Origin: Octopus bimaculoides
Lineage: Eukaryota
DNA: 64,000 nucleotides
Assembly: GCF_001194135.2 (NCBI RefSeq)
Contig: NC_068998.1
Coordinates: 34,183,741-34,247,740, forward strand
Reading direction: 5' to 3'
Shown here one piece after another: positions 37,233 through 51,499 of this stretch (positions are counted from its first letter, which is position 1; each line of letters opens with the position of its first letter). Position numbers and translations under genes: made by a program. The notes under the pieces were generated by a model. That model was given only the letters and a program-made list of their open reading frames with translations. It had not been told where the DNA came from and did no database searches.

Positions 37233-38289
37233 CTGTTACATTATGTATTAATGTTTAGTGATGCCTAAATGCTTCATGATTTGAATGAACAGTATGACAA
37301 TAAATTTATTGATGTATTCAGCATACTGAAATTAATTGAGAAAAGTGATTTTATTGGCTGCATTAAGTTACCCATTCTGGGTCAAAATATTACAAAAATC
37401 TTCATCCATATTTTTTTCATGTACATGAGCAGAACATCTCTTCTGCGACACAGCCAATTACAGCAAAGGTAGGTACTTGAAATCTGAGGTGATGAAAGAA
37501 TCCCAAAGGATACTTGATCATTGATTATGACTTGCTCTTTTGGTTACAAAAATCTTTTATTTAGCCACTAAGGGTAATTTCATTCAATTTTATTCATTTA
37601 TATAAAACATTAAAAAGTAGCGGGGATTAGAAGAATGTGGGGAGGTGGTTGGTCAAATCAATGTCATACAATAAACAAAAATAGAAAGGATGGGTAAGGA
37701 ATTTTCTACAAAGAAGACACCTTAAAAAATTGTATAAAAGTCTTGTGAATAAATAACTGTTGGGAAAATAATAAACTCTGCCTGTTATTTTAAAACTAGA
37801 AACATTTAGGGTCATACACTTACTGGTTAGATCAGTCTGGAGCATCTCACATCACAACTAACCTTTCATCATTTATACTGGAAAACAGTGTACCTAAATG
37901 TACCCATTAACATCATTCAGGTTTTCATTCTTCCTTTTTCTTCCAAGTTTTTTTTTTACACTCCCACACACATTGCTGCAAGACGATGGAGTGATCCTGA
38001 TGCTGGTGAAGGAGAGAGCTTCACCTTCTCAGGTTTTAGAATCAGGATAGGACATACTTTTTGGTGTTTCCTAAATCTGCAATCAGTGTTGTAATTGAGG
38101 AAGTAGTCTCCAAGACTTTTTATTGTTGCTTCTGTTAATTACTCTGCCCTTTCAATTTGTCTTCCCTGTCATTGATGTTTGTGACGACAAGAAATGGATC
38201 CATAAGTTTTTTCTTTTTTTTATTAGTTTTTGAAACAGATGATGAAGTGATTTCTTACATCATTTCTAGATCTTTGATTGGTGGCATTG

Positions 38290-39914
38290 TTGAAATGTCA
38301 ACCTCCGGATCCTGACATCAACAAAATTCAATCTATAGGAGCCAAGAGTCAAAAAAGGAAAGAGAAAAACGTTTAAAGGATGCAAGACAAAGACAAGGGA
38401 CCAGAGTTGCCAGTGAGACAATTGGTCAGTGACAGATGTGACAAAGAAAACATTAGGAATCAACAGTTGCTGCAAAACTTCGCCTGGAAAGACATAAGCA
38501 TCTTGAATATGTTTGACAAGAGAGTTGCACCTTTTAAGGGGACTTGGAAAAGATCAGCTTTCAGTTATGATCCAAAATATGATTATTATACAGAGAAATT
38601 GATTGATAATGGAGCAATATCAAAAGAGTGTAATGTTTTTAAAGCAAAGAAATGAGAAAGAGAAGCCACCACTATGTGTTGTGGTGGAGGAACGGTTGTT
38701 TTACTGACGTTTGGTACATCTGCAGATACTTTGAAGGCATTGCTTTTGGGAAACACACTCATGAGCATGCACTTCTTAAAATGCATTAGGAATTATAATC
38801 CCGCTTTCCAATGACCTCCTTTGGTAGGAATATTATAAAAGAAGGACATAAGAGGCAACAATAAATCTATGGGAGGAGTTACATTAGTTTTATCAGGAGA
38901 CTTCAGACAGACATTACCAGTCATTCTGAGATGAACAAAGCCTGATGATATAAAAATATGCATTAAGTCTTCACATCTATGGAATAAAGTACAGAAATTC
39001 TTCTTCAATACTAACATGTGAGCTTTATTACATAGGGACCAATGTGCAGAACAGTTTTCAATCTGGCTCCTCCAATTAGGAAATGGGAAAGTGCCATTTG
39101 ATGGGAATGGTGATATCAGTTTGGTTCATATTGCTATCATGGTAAATTCCCCAGCTGAATTGAAGAACAGGTATTTCCAGACTTAAGTAATAATTATAAG
39201 TCACATAAATGATTGTGTGAAAGGGCAATTCTTGCTCCAAAAAATGAGACAGTAGCAAGGATTACCCATGAATTAATGAATAAGATTCCAACAGTCATTA
39301 AGGAGTACAAATCAGTTGATTCAGTCCTTAACGAAAATTAAGCTGTCCATTATCCAACAGAGTTCCTTAATTCTCTTGAGCCACCTGGAATTCCTCCACA
39401 AACTTTTTCTGAAGGCTGGAGTCCTAATAATGCTTCTAAGAAATTTAGATCTTCCTAAATTATACAAAGGTTGATTGTGAAGACATTTTCACCTAATGTG
39501 ACAAAAGCTACCATCATCACTGGATGTGCCTCGGGGGAAGAGGTTTTCATTCCAAGAATTCCAATCAAACCAACAGACATGCCATTTGAGTTCAAATGAA
39601 CACAATTTCCAGTGTGACTTTGCTTCACAATGTCTATTTATAAAGCTCAAGGTCAGACTTTGAAACCGACTGGCTTGCACTTAATTGAGCCTTGCTCTTC
39701 TCATGATCAACTTTGTTGGTTGCTCCAGGGTTGGTAGTTTGCAAGACTTATTTGTCTATGTTACAAACCAGAAAAAAAAGAATGCTGTTTACCCAGAAGC
39801 TCTTATGTAATTTCCTTCAGCATATGTGATAGAATTTATCTCCCTTCATAAAAGTGGTAAATTTTGTATTTTCATTTTTATTATCATTATTATTATTGTT
39901 ATTATTGTTATTAA

Positions 39915-39960
<46 letters not shown>

Positions 39961-39968
39961 TTACTACA

Positions 39969-40067
<99 letters not shown>

Positions 40068-40234
40068 TGTATTATGAATTCAGAATTGATTTCCCAATTG
40101 AAGAGTAAATTGTATCCGGATTGAAGAATAAATTGAATTCAGAATAATAAATTACTATGCAACATATTTTGATTTTTTCTTCCAATATAAAAGGAACAAT
40201 TTCATTCCTGGGTAACGCCGGGTGCCTCTGTTAG
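38290..40234 (+). mobile_element. Helitron internal-deletion derivative with recognisable 3' terminus; 5' end not defined
   Basis: N-terminal R/E-rich region and C..K..E...MCCGGG zinc region, IRNYNPAFQ-TSFG, jump to DIRGNNKSMGG...SGDFRQTLPVI, RAILAPKN, YPTEFLNSLEPPGIP, LLRNL, VFIPRIP, KAQGQTL, ending at TAA 39808-39810; 3' hairpin cctgggtaacgccggg (40207-40222), then TTAG|T at 40231-40235 (CTAG|T variant). Confidence 0.9.
39880..40070 (+). repeat. Compound (ATT)n(ACT)n(ATT)n microsatellite inside the Helitron 3' region
   Basis: Directly visible. Confidence 0.95.
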
Positions 40235-43200
40235 TATTCTATTTAATACCTGATTTCTTTTGATTTGGTTTATATAGTGGGTCAGGAAATTTAAAATGAA
40301 TTCTCTTCAGATTTGACTTCCTGAGCTTATTCAGATGAGATATTTGCTCACTCCAGCTTGACAAAGTGAAAACCTCTTTCAGGTAACATTTCTACATGAT
40401 CTACTACCAAGAAACTAGTTGAACTATAATGCATTCACTAATAATGATAGTATATTTGAAGTCTTTCTATGTGAGTTGGTAATTTTGTGTCTTATCCATT
40501 AAGCTGCTTTAGTTCCACAGAGTTTACACAGTGTATATATCGAATGACTTTACCACTTATATCACCAGTACATGTATTTAAAAAAAATCTTAGAGTTCAA
40601 AGTAAAAAAAATCATCTCACCTGAACTATATTTGAACTAATTTCAAGTTTTCTTTGCTATTTACACAATCACTGCATTTGAGATGGCCCACTCTGTACAG
40701 TGCTGGATGTTTTGATGCATTCAGTGCTACACCTTGCTTCACTGATCTGAATTAGAATGACATTGAGGCTAACTCTGTCTGTCATCTCTCCCAGGAGAGA
40801 AGTATCAATAGAATAATTGCCAGTGATGTATTATAATTGCTTTAGTTAACTTAACTCATTTTCAATTAAGGTTGACCTTGAATCTGCTGAAACAGTATTT
40901 TCTAAATATTTCAGATGAACATAAAGTAGATATAAATCCCAAAACAATTTGTTCATTTACCTTGTGTTCTATTCTCAAGTGCAATCATCACAATCATTAT
41001 TATGATTGCTGCTGAGAAAATGCATCAGTATTAGCCAATCTCATTTTTCCTTTCTCTGATACTCTGAAATTATTAAAGAAACCAATATTTTCCCATTATT
41101 ACACATTAATATGATTATTTTACTCTATAGATTTTTGTATTGCTAAGAGGTCCACAGCCTGAAAATTCAAGCTTGTTTGTAATGAGATTTTTGGCATGTA
41201 AGAAGGGTGCTTTAAATCTAATGCAATTTAATTAACCCTTTTGGCTCTGACCCACCTGAGACACGTTCTGCTTCAACAGCACAAAAATGTCTGATTTGTG
41301 TTCATAATTAAATAAAAAGCTTAATTACAAATTTCATATCACTCATATTGATAATGACTTTAGAATAGGCATCACATTTCTCTACTTCCCTTAAAAAAGG
41401 CGGGGAAGGACTTCATATTTAGTTAAAGTAAACCAATAATTTTCAGCCAATTCTTAGAATTAATTGCAAGTCTTTTACTTTACAATTTTCTGTGATGATT
41501 CCAATTTGTATATACTTTGCATTTTTTAAATAATTCAAAAGAATTCATCATTATAGTTAAATACACATACTAGTATTTGAAAAGACTACAGCAAGTTTGG
41601 ACAAATGAAGATCAATTCAGTTGAATGTGCAGACCTAAAGTAACTTATTAGAATGCTCTGTTTTGCTTTTCCCACAGTATTCAGAAATTCTTTGGTTTAA
41701 ATCATAGTTTTCTTTTTTATTTTCTATTTACTGAAGTAGTGTGAAACACATATCAATGTATATTGTTCTATGAGTATTTCTTTCTCAATTCACACACGCA
41801 TGAAAAATTTATTAACATAGAATCTCTGGGTGTGTGCCAATGTAAAAAATATAAAATACTGGTATGTATTTAATGGATTTCAACACTTTTTCTATTTGCT
41901 TCCTACCTTAAATATGTAGTTTGGTTAACATTGTGCTAATTCGAGCCATTTATAATCATGACCCAATAAACTATGCTCCTGCTTGAAACAAATGTATTTC
42001 ATTTCCTGTGTGGAATTTTATTTTCTTTATGCACTGGTTACATGATATCAGTGTGTTGAGTAGAATGTAAGAGAGAGGGATAGTGAATTAGAGTACATAG
42101 TATGATTTAAAATATTTTTTTTTAATTATGTTTTATTTTCATTATATTGTGTATATACATCTAACTTGCTTTTACCAAAAGTAGTTATTGAAGATATAAA
42201 TAAACTAGAAATATTTCTCTTTTATTATTTATTTTATCCACTTTCATGCTTTGTGTTTGAAGTGTTTTACTCCATTCTCTCAAAAATCATTCATAACATT
42301 TTTCATGCTGTTTTTTGATCTAAACTGAACAAGAATTTTTATTTCCTTTACCAACAGTTGTTCTTGAATTTTTATCTTAACAAATATCCTTTGTTCAATA
42401 ATTCATATTTAAAACTCATCAGTTTTGAATGCAGTAAAACAACTGCTAATTTGAAGCCAATGCACATCACTTAACTTACACCTCTAATGTCTTTCTCACT
42501 TCATCTAATACTTTTATCCAGTGGATCTGGGTAATTGTGTTTATAGAACAAGTTAACACTTTCAAGAAGTGACTAAGCAAATGTTCTCAGACCCAGGGTT
42601 AAAGACTCATCTCCATCTTAATTATCAGGAAAAATATGCCAGTAGACATTTTGTACTCTTTCACCACATGTGCACGGGGAGAAGCTGTTTCCTTTCATCT
42701 CCCTCTTTTTATGTGTCTACTTTCAGCTTAATTTGAAGATGTTGAGTTGCTAGGGTTTGAAGAGAGCCAGACTAAATATCTTATGAGCTTATATTTAATC
42801 ATTGTGTTAATTGTGCCTTTCCACTATTTAGAGTTAATCTGATTAACTTTATCTCCTTTCTTACCTGAATTAATTATGTGTTTTACTTGGTGTTTATACA
42901 ATATTTTAACTCAGAAAGCACCAGCCATTGAAATTTTAACCTCTATGAGACTGTCCCTTCTGTGAGAAATAGTAATCAAATTGTCTTATTCACCATCTTA
43001 AAAAAGGATACTACATTAAATAATGTAGTTATAGATATCAATATTTTTTTAGAACAAAATTGGGATATTCATATACTGAATATCTTTGATCATAGCTCAG
43101 TTTGATATAACTGACAGGCAGCTAAGTATTAACAATTACAGAAGCATGCACCATAGCCTGAGATGGTTTCACCATCCACTTGAAACAAATTCAACTTTCA

Positions 43201-44259
43201 TTGCTAATGCCCTTCAGCAAGATTAAAACATAACATCATACAATCTTATTTTTCTCTTCTATTCCTAATTTGTGTAGTTGGTGGTATTGTAAGCAATCAA
43301 TATTATTCTACAGAGTTATAGTGGTGCCATCGGGCAAGGATACAAGAATTCAAAGAAGCTAAGACTTTCATGCACTTTCTATATCAGATTGAAGCTATTT
43401 CACTTCATGTAAACTATCAATGATGATGGGAGAAGATATGGAAGTAACTTTTCTATTTCTCTTTTCTTAAAACACAAGATTCTTCCTTTGCCAAGTGAAC
43501 ATGAAACAAATACTTTATATACTGTTTATGAATCAAACACTGAAATATATTCAAATAGTCTTAGTGGTATCTAAAAATTATTTTGTTTTTTTGCTCAAAT
43601 CTCCTTTTCCATATTTCACAGTTTGAAAGTTTTCACTGAAGGTCAAATATACCAGATCATGCATCTGAATCAAAGAATGTGCAAGATACATGCACAAACA
43701 CTGTGCACATATATGTACATACACATACACAGACTGATATGTAAAAGCAGATAAATAAACACATGCAGATATCCCACAGCAAGATACACAATTCCATTAT
43801 GCAATTGTAATGTGGATGCTTAGAAAGATTTTCTTGACAAAAAGATAATGCAATTTTATATTTATTTATTTCTTATTTTTGACATGCTAGATCCTGCCAT
43901 TGCTAAACAGAAACTTGTCAAACAATTAAATGATACAAGTTATGTTGAAAGCAAAACTGGATTGGTATGTTTTTATTTCAATCTGTTTTTATTTCTCAAC
44001 TTTTATCTCTTTTTGTTGATGTAAAAAAAGCCAACAATAAAAAAATATTAGAAAGTATTTTATCACTTTAGTTGAAACCTATTATTTTCTTAACAATATA
44101 TGAAAAATATTGAAGCTGTTGCTATCATGGAATAATGTCTTTATTTAAGAAACAATTTGGGATGGGATATTTTTTATATTGTTATATATTTTATATTTAC
44201 AAATTTATATGTATACATTTTATTATTTTGCACTATCTTGGGTTTGCATGGCACTATTA

Positions 44260-44520
44260 GTATGTGCACACATATACACTAATACATATGCATATGCATA
44301 TGCGTATGTGTGTGTGTGTGCAAATATATATATATATACATATAATACACATATGTATATGCATATGTGTGTGTGTGTATAACAATACACACATATACAC
44401 ATATACATACACACACACATGTATATATATGTATATGTGCATATATATATGTGTGTGTGTGAGTGTAGATAGATAGATGTGCATGCATACACATCTATAT
44501 AAATCAATGTATACACATAT
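44260..44520 (+). repeat. Compound TA/CA/TG low-complexity tract
   Basis: Directly visible; explains the overlapping spurious ORFs at 44179-44570. Confidence 0.9.
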
Positions 44521-47500
44521 GTGCTTGTAAAAAAATGTCTTTCATGGTGGATTGCATACAGCAGTTTCAATTTCCTAATGGATTTCAGTGCCTTCCCATA
44601 TCGACTATAAACATAAGCACAACCATTTTTCTACTACCATTACCATCAACATCACCATAAACGCTATCATCATTTTCTTTCCAGTTCCTCAAACAACATT
44701 TTAATATGCAACACTACCACTACACCTGCACCAACCAACTACCACTGTCATCATTGATTGTAAATCAATGCCACAATTGCACTATTATCATCATAGTTCC
44801 ACTGAAGGTACTACAGTCATCATCACAACCATAATCATCATCACTTATAACTACTAGCAAACACTAAAATTATCACCCTTTCTTGCTGCAACTCATTGCA
44901 TGGTCATTAATCCTGCTAGAAACAATGACTTTATTTCTCTGAGCTTCACTCCACTTTTTTTGAAAATGGGAAGGACAAATGTATGCTAGATACTGTAAGT
45001 TACCTAAAATGATAATGGGACGTTCCTAGCAGGGAAGTCTCTGATCATGCATTTAGTGAATCGATATGACTTAGGTTTAAACAACCACCACCAAAACAAC
45101 TGTGATTCTTGTCACTATCACTTCTACCATAGCAAACACTGTTCCTTCTAAAATAATAAACATTGCCTTCATTAAGTATTACCTACCCCTCCCACCACAT
45201 ACACACACACACACTCACCACAGCAACTGTTACTATCACCACTGTACCATTACCAGAACCGTTCTCATAAAAAATAAAACATACTAGATCAAAGTTCAAT
45301 TATAGGTTAGTGGATTTAAAAGAGAATATTGATTTTTAACATTGGCACACATCTACAAAGTTTAGAACTACTAGGTAGGGTAGGATTAATCGATGAAAAC
45401 TGGACCCAGCACCTTCTTTATTGACCTCAGTAAGGTTGAACTATAAATATTACAGAGCATTTTGATTGGTAGTGTACTAATTTTTTTCAGCTACTGCAGC
45501 ACTTAAAAAAGAAAATATGAATATATTAAAGGATAAATGTTACCTAATGTTAAAATATGACAGCTAATACCTCTTGCTTGCAGCATTGACTTTCTATTCC
45601 AGCATGGAACAGAAAATTCTCTTACTTTTGCACTATCTGTGGCCTAACTATGGTTAAAAGGAGGAAGAGGAATTAATATATTATTAACAGGAATATGGGT
45701 TAAACAAACTCAAATCCTCATTTTCAGCTACATGTAAATATACAAGAAATAAGATAATAAAATATATAATGTCAAATAAAATAAAACTATTAAAAAAGTT
45801 AAAAAATGAAAAGAAAAGAAATAATAAAAAGTCAATTAATCTACTTAATGTCAATGATTGTGTGTCTTTGAGATAAATACAAACAAAATATTGAGAAATA
45901 TTTTCGATTTACTCTTATCAATTTTACAAAACTTAAATAATGCATAATGAACTAATTAACACTAAAACCAATCAACAGATTTACCAAACCCAAGAGAAAT
46001 CATCGATAATTATTTATATATTAGTCATAAGGACAAGGAAGAGATAATAATACGTCACAAAGCCATATATTTTAAAATAAAATGAATCAAGCAAAATTAA
46101 TTGAGGTATACATAACTGTATGATTTCTAACATTAGTACTCTGCAGCTATGCATATTGGAGATGGAGGGACTATAATCGATTGTAGGTGCACCAATATAC
46201 AGGTAGATCTGTATCATTTTATGGACTCAGTCAGATAAAAACCAAAGTCAACATCCAAGACTATTTGATGTTTACTTTGCTTCTCATCCAAAGCAAAGAT
46301 GAATGAGAAAAGAGATAGTTTAACTCTACAAGTCATTATTTACTTTAGTGGTCAATGGTTTCTGCTTGCCCACCAATTTGGTTTACATAAATAAATATAT
46401 ATTTATAATGTAGAAATATTAAAATAATATATGATTGTTGTATGTTCTATGGTCAACAGAACAAATGTATAACATAGAGTAGTTAGTAAAGTCTTGTCAG
46501 AGTCAACTTCCGTAATGCACAATATATTGCATCCAGGTAACACTGTAAAAGGGTTTGTAATAGGAAGGGTATTTTAGTGCAAAAACCATATCAAAAAGAA
46601 ATTAATTAACTGTGATGATATTGGGTGCAGAAGACCATCTAGTTTTGTTAACAGGGCAATTAAAATTAATAGTAAAGTTTAATCCTAGCCGAGGAGCAGA
46701 GCCACTGGCCAGAAAGATCCAAGGGCTAAGAACTCCATGCCACTAAAATAATTCAAATCTTGTAGGAATTTTAGCAATATATCAAGTCTTAATATAGCTA
46801 GGCTATGATTTAAAGAGGCTGATTTTCTTTGTAAAGTTTGCTGGAGAAGAAAGAGAAAATATAAACATCTGTTCACTTAACTGGATAATTCATTGAGATT
46901 TAGATACATTATCTAGAATCACTGTAATAGGTTCAGTAATACAAAATTTAGAGTTCTCATAATTAAACAAAAACACACTTTGCATTCCATTTTCGAAAAC
47001 AAAGGTTTTTATTATTTCAGTGAAAGATAGCTAGATTGATATTTCCTATAACATTTGCTTCTCAAGAAGCTTTTGAAATGTTTTATCTTGCTGAAGGATT
47101 TCTCAGTATAACTGACAATGATGCAGAATATTTGCAACATTAAACATACGTTTGAAAAATGTCATTTGAATTGTAAATTTTTATTGCATTTAAAAATTCA
47201 TGTGGGCTCACCAAAATTTGATGCATGTATTGTTTTAAGGTACTGCATTTTTTGCTGCATGAATTCTACATGCATAATTGAATTCTTCTTTCACTATTCA
47301 TGGATATCATCACAAAGCAACCTATTAATTGCGCTTGTAATTTCAAACCACTTTGACATCCTGAAAAAGGTTCATAAGAGCCATTATGAAGAACTTTCCT
47401 CTTGTCCATCATAGTCCTCAGAGATCTTAAGTCTTACTCTTTTGTTAACTTACCCATGTGATAGGAATGAGATTAATTTTGATTTCCTCAGCAACCAATT

Positions 47501-48402
47501 TTACTTTATTTAAAATTTGTGACTATTTACCAGATTGACCACCTTTAAGTTCATTGAAAAGTAACTCTAGATTTGAGACCCCTACATTTGTTGTAGCATC
47601 TCTTACTTAGGTGAGATGATTTCCACTGTTGACCTGTATAAGAACGTTAGGCCACATCAGTAGCATAAGAATGCAAATGATGGATATGTTTCATTACACA
47701 ATTGACTCCATTACAGGTCTTGGCAAGTGATTGAGAGATAGAAGTTTGTTTAATGCAAGTCACATTCCAGTAAGATGAGCAGGAAATAATCTCAAACCTG
47801 CACCTCTGTCTGTTCATTGAGTACCTGACAAAGCATGGATAGATTCATTTGGATTCTCCTTAGGAATAATCCCAAATTATAAACTGGTTGTGCAATTCCA
47901 ATAAATTTCTGTTTGTCTCAATTTGATCGAAATCTATTATCAACAATTAAGATGAATCACAAATCAATAAAAGATGCAAATAAATCATTCACAAAATTCA
48001 GTGAGGTTAAGTTTAAAGTTTTATTGTTTTAGCTGCACTTACTTTAAATTAAAACTTTAATAAAAAGAATACTTTAATATTAATACAGTTAACACATTAC
48101 TGAGAGTAAGATATTGATAAATGAATGCAATAAGATACTGCACTATTTAGTAAAAAACAACTCATTCTCCTGAAGCAAAGCTTGAATTTGTTTCTTAGCC
48201 TAATATGGTTATTATACTGTGTATAAGTGGCATAATACACCAAGCTGATCAAACATTGACTTTTGAACACTGTAGGCCATTTCCAATGTTTAAAAGCCAA
48301 TTATCTATCTATCTCTCTATCTCTATCTATCCATCAACACACACACACACTCACACACGTGTGTGTGCATGTGTTTGTGTGTGTACATACATACATACAT
48401 AT

Positions 48403-48450
<48 letters not shown>

Positions 48451-50411
48451 ATGTTCATGAATAATTAAGAACAAATCATTGATTAATCAATTACATTTGT
48501 TTGCATTGAACACTTAACACAGCAGTTGGTAGTATTGACTGATAGTATTAAATACATTTACTTTAAAACTAGTTACATAACTAGTGATGTTGCCAGTGAT
48601 GTTTACTTTTTATGACTAGTGTAAGCAGGGGTCTCTGCTTTTGGCTAATCATGTGGTTGATCATGTTGTCAGTGTCAGGGTACATAGAAAGGCATGTACA
48701 TAGAAAAATTGCCTGGGAGGCCCATGAAAATAGATGGCCCTTTCTATCTATGCTGTAGTTGTACATGTAGGGGCCTCCAGTACATGGCTTTACTTTGGAT
48801 ACTATAATGGTGTTAATTTCAATAACAAGCCTTACATGTTATTGATGATCATCATCATTCTTTATGAGAGGAATCAGCGTTTGAGTTTGTTAAAGAATCA
48901 ACCATGGGGTTAGTACAGCCAATTCTGTCTGCCTGTTTAGAAATGCGTACTTTTGTGTACAAATTTATACACGTATGGCAGTGAGAAACAATTTTCTATA
49001 CAATGAGTGGGAACATGGAAATACTACAGTTATTTTTTTTTTTGTTTTGAGATGCCTCGACATGAGTCCAAGTAAGAGAAATCAACACTAATCTAATATT
49101 ACCTAATACTTTAATTTCAATTTTTATAGACCCTTGGCCATGCAGAAGCCCTAAAGCACTTGCTTCTGTTGTTCTTGTTTCAGTTTTGATGCTTGTTGGC
49201 AACAATCTTTCTGGTACTGATGGCATGATAAATGCCTCCCATCCAGTCTATGCTGTGAAGTGGTTGGTGGTAGGAAGAGTATCCAGCCACACACACACAC
49301 AAAAAACAAAAAATGCCAAAAAACATGATATACATAATGAACATGGCCAGTTTCCTCAAAATGCAAGACAGTCTATTGTGCTTTCATAGGTTTTTATGTA
49401 AATTTATTGTTATATATTTCAGTTATCATATGATAATCGGTAAAAATGTGAGTTTATGGCAGGACACAAGAGTTGTAGTTTGCACATTATTTCACTATAG
49501 ATATTTTCTTTCTTCACAACTTCAAGACTGGACATTCACATCTACTGAGCAATTGATCTCTACAAAAGTTCATGATTCTTGCACCTTATTTCAGACAACT
49601 CTGTCATGTCTGTTGTGCTTACATCATCTAACTATTTTTATTGTAATGTCCTACAAGTATTTCTTATTTTCAAAGATATGGATTTTTTCTTTGTTTTTGG
49701 ACATAAATGACTTCATCCAATTCCATGCCATTTATTTCCTTCTATTCTGGTTTAAAAAATTTTTTGCATTTGTTCTTCTCTAGTTCCTTTATATATTCAG
49801 TTAAATCGATCATTTCTACTTTATATAGATTTCCAACAGCTTTCAACTTATTCTGTTACTAAGACTGGGTTCTATACATTAAAGCTACAGTAGAATGATT
49901 TAGGATCTTTGGCAAAGAGTATGTAACTTATCTCTAGTATCATTTTTCTATTAATAGATATGACAAAATCCTTTTGATTTCTTACTATATTCCATTCCTT
50001 GTTAACCATATGTAATGTCAAATCAAATTACTAATATCTTTTTTAGTCATAATGACACCAGACAGGATATTGAGGATTCTGGCAGTTTGGTAATACGTGT
50101 ATAAAAACATAATGAGTAATTCTTTGGGCAATGAGATTGTAAAAGGATTCAGATTTAGTGCAAGACTGTTCATTTCTATCATATTCCCTGTTTGACAGTC
50201 TGGTCTGGTGATTGTTGTATGAGAAAATTTTGAGAAATTCTTTGAGCATCTGGAATTGCAAAATACAGATTAGGACTCTTGTCTGAGTACAATATTGTTT
50301 ACCTCTATTAAACTGAAAAATTTAGTCCAATGGATCAGCTTACATTTAATAATATGTTTTGCCTGTTTGTTTAAGGCTGATATTTCATTGATAATTCAGT
50401 CTCTACCTTAA

Positions 50412-50619
50412 CCCTGTAGCATTCAGGTTACTCTGTCTAAAGTAATGCTTATTTATTCACATTGTTTTGAATCTTCTTGTAACTTCAAGATTTCATTTAT
50501 GTGATTATTATTTTTAGAATGACATGACAGGGTAGGTGTGAGAGGCTGGATATAATCTGTGTAAACATAAAATAAGGTGGATATGAGGGCTGAACATGGC
50601 CAGTTTAAATACTAAAAGG
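50412..50619. mobile_element. piggyBac-type MITE, 208 bp, TTAA target duplication
   Basis: TTAA at 50408-50411 and 50620-50623; left end ccctgtagcatt versus reverse complement of right end ccttttagtatt. Confidence 0.7.
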
Positions 50620-51499
50620 TTAATCATATGGTTGTCTATATACTTTTTCTCATAATTCTTTAAGACGGAAACTTCCACTTTATACTCTGGTTATAGTTAA
50701 AATTTGAACAATTGAGACTTATACTTTTAGAGATAAGAATAATAGTTTACTGAGGACATGTCCACTTAAATCAGGGATGATATGTCTCAAGTTTAATCTT
50801 ACCTGCATACTGAAGTGCAACTGCTTCATTTTATGGTCTGCTGCCTTCATATAAAATATACTTCTATATATCAAATTTGCTAAGTTTATGTATCTTTCTC
50901 TTTTAACTTTTTTAATTCTTCCAATAAAGAAGGCATTGGTTTCTATTACTGAAATAGAATCCTCTCATTAGAATTCTGATAGCAACAACAGTAAAAAGTA
51001 ACATATTGAATTTTAGAAAATGTTTTATATTTTCTCTGTTCTGCTTTACAGCTTAAAAGTGAATAACATATATTAGTTTCTTTAGACAAGTCTAAAATCA
51101 GGTAATTATTTGAATATTTAGTAGCATAATGAAATGCACCAATTATTATGGGTATTAATCTGGAGAGAGAAGTTGTTGATTTTGAAGTAAGTTACTATAC
51201 ATGTTCTCTTTCTCACCATCTTTAAGGAAATGTTCATGGTCCCTGGGGAAAAAAATAAACAGTGACTATGTACTGGTGTGTACAATGTATATATATTTGT
51301 ATAACTATAAATATTTTTTGTGCTAATATATATTAATACATTCAGTCCTAGAAACATATATTTATATTTGTCCCAGAGTAGTCATTTTTATGGTTAGTAT
51401 TCCATGTTATCTTAGAAACAACATCAAATTATTTCGGAAAGTATATGACGATGGCATATTCAGGCAGTTAATGATTGTATTTGTTCTACCTGACACAAA

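Noticed and set aside
37368-37468. Possible internal exon ending in AAG|gtaggt (…KYYKNLHPYFFHVHEQNISSATQPITAK)
   Set aside because: Weak acceptor, no recognisable protein similarity, no neighbouring exons.
39826-40108. Poly-Leu/Ile/Tyr ORFs and the many HTHT/CVCV/YIYI ORFs across the window
   Set aside because: Translations of simple repeats, not genes.
46680-47900. Faint CR1/L2-like RT words (KFAG…DLDTLS)
   Set aside because: Too degenerate to support by eye.
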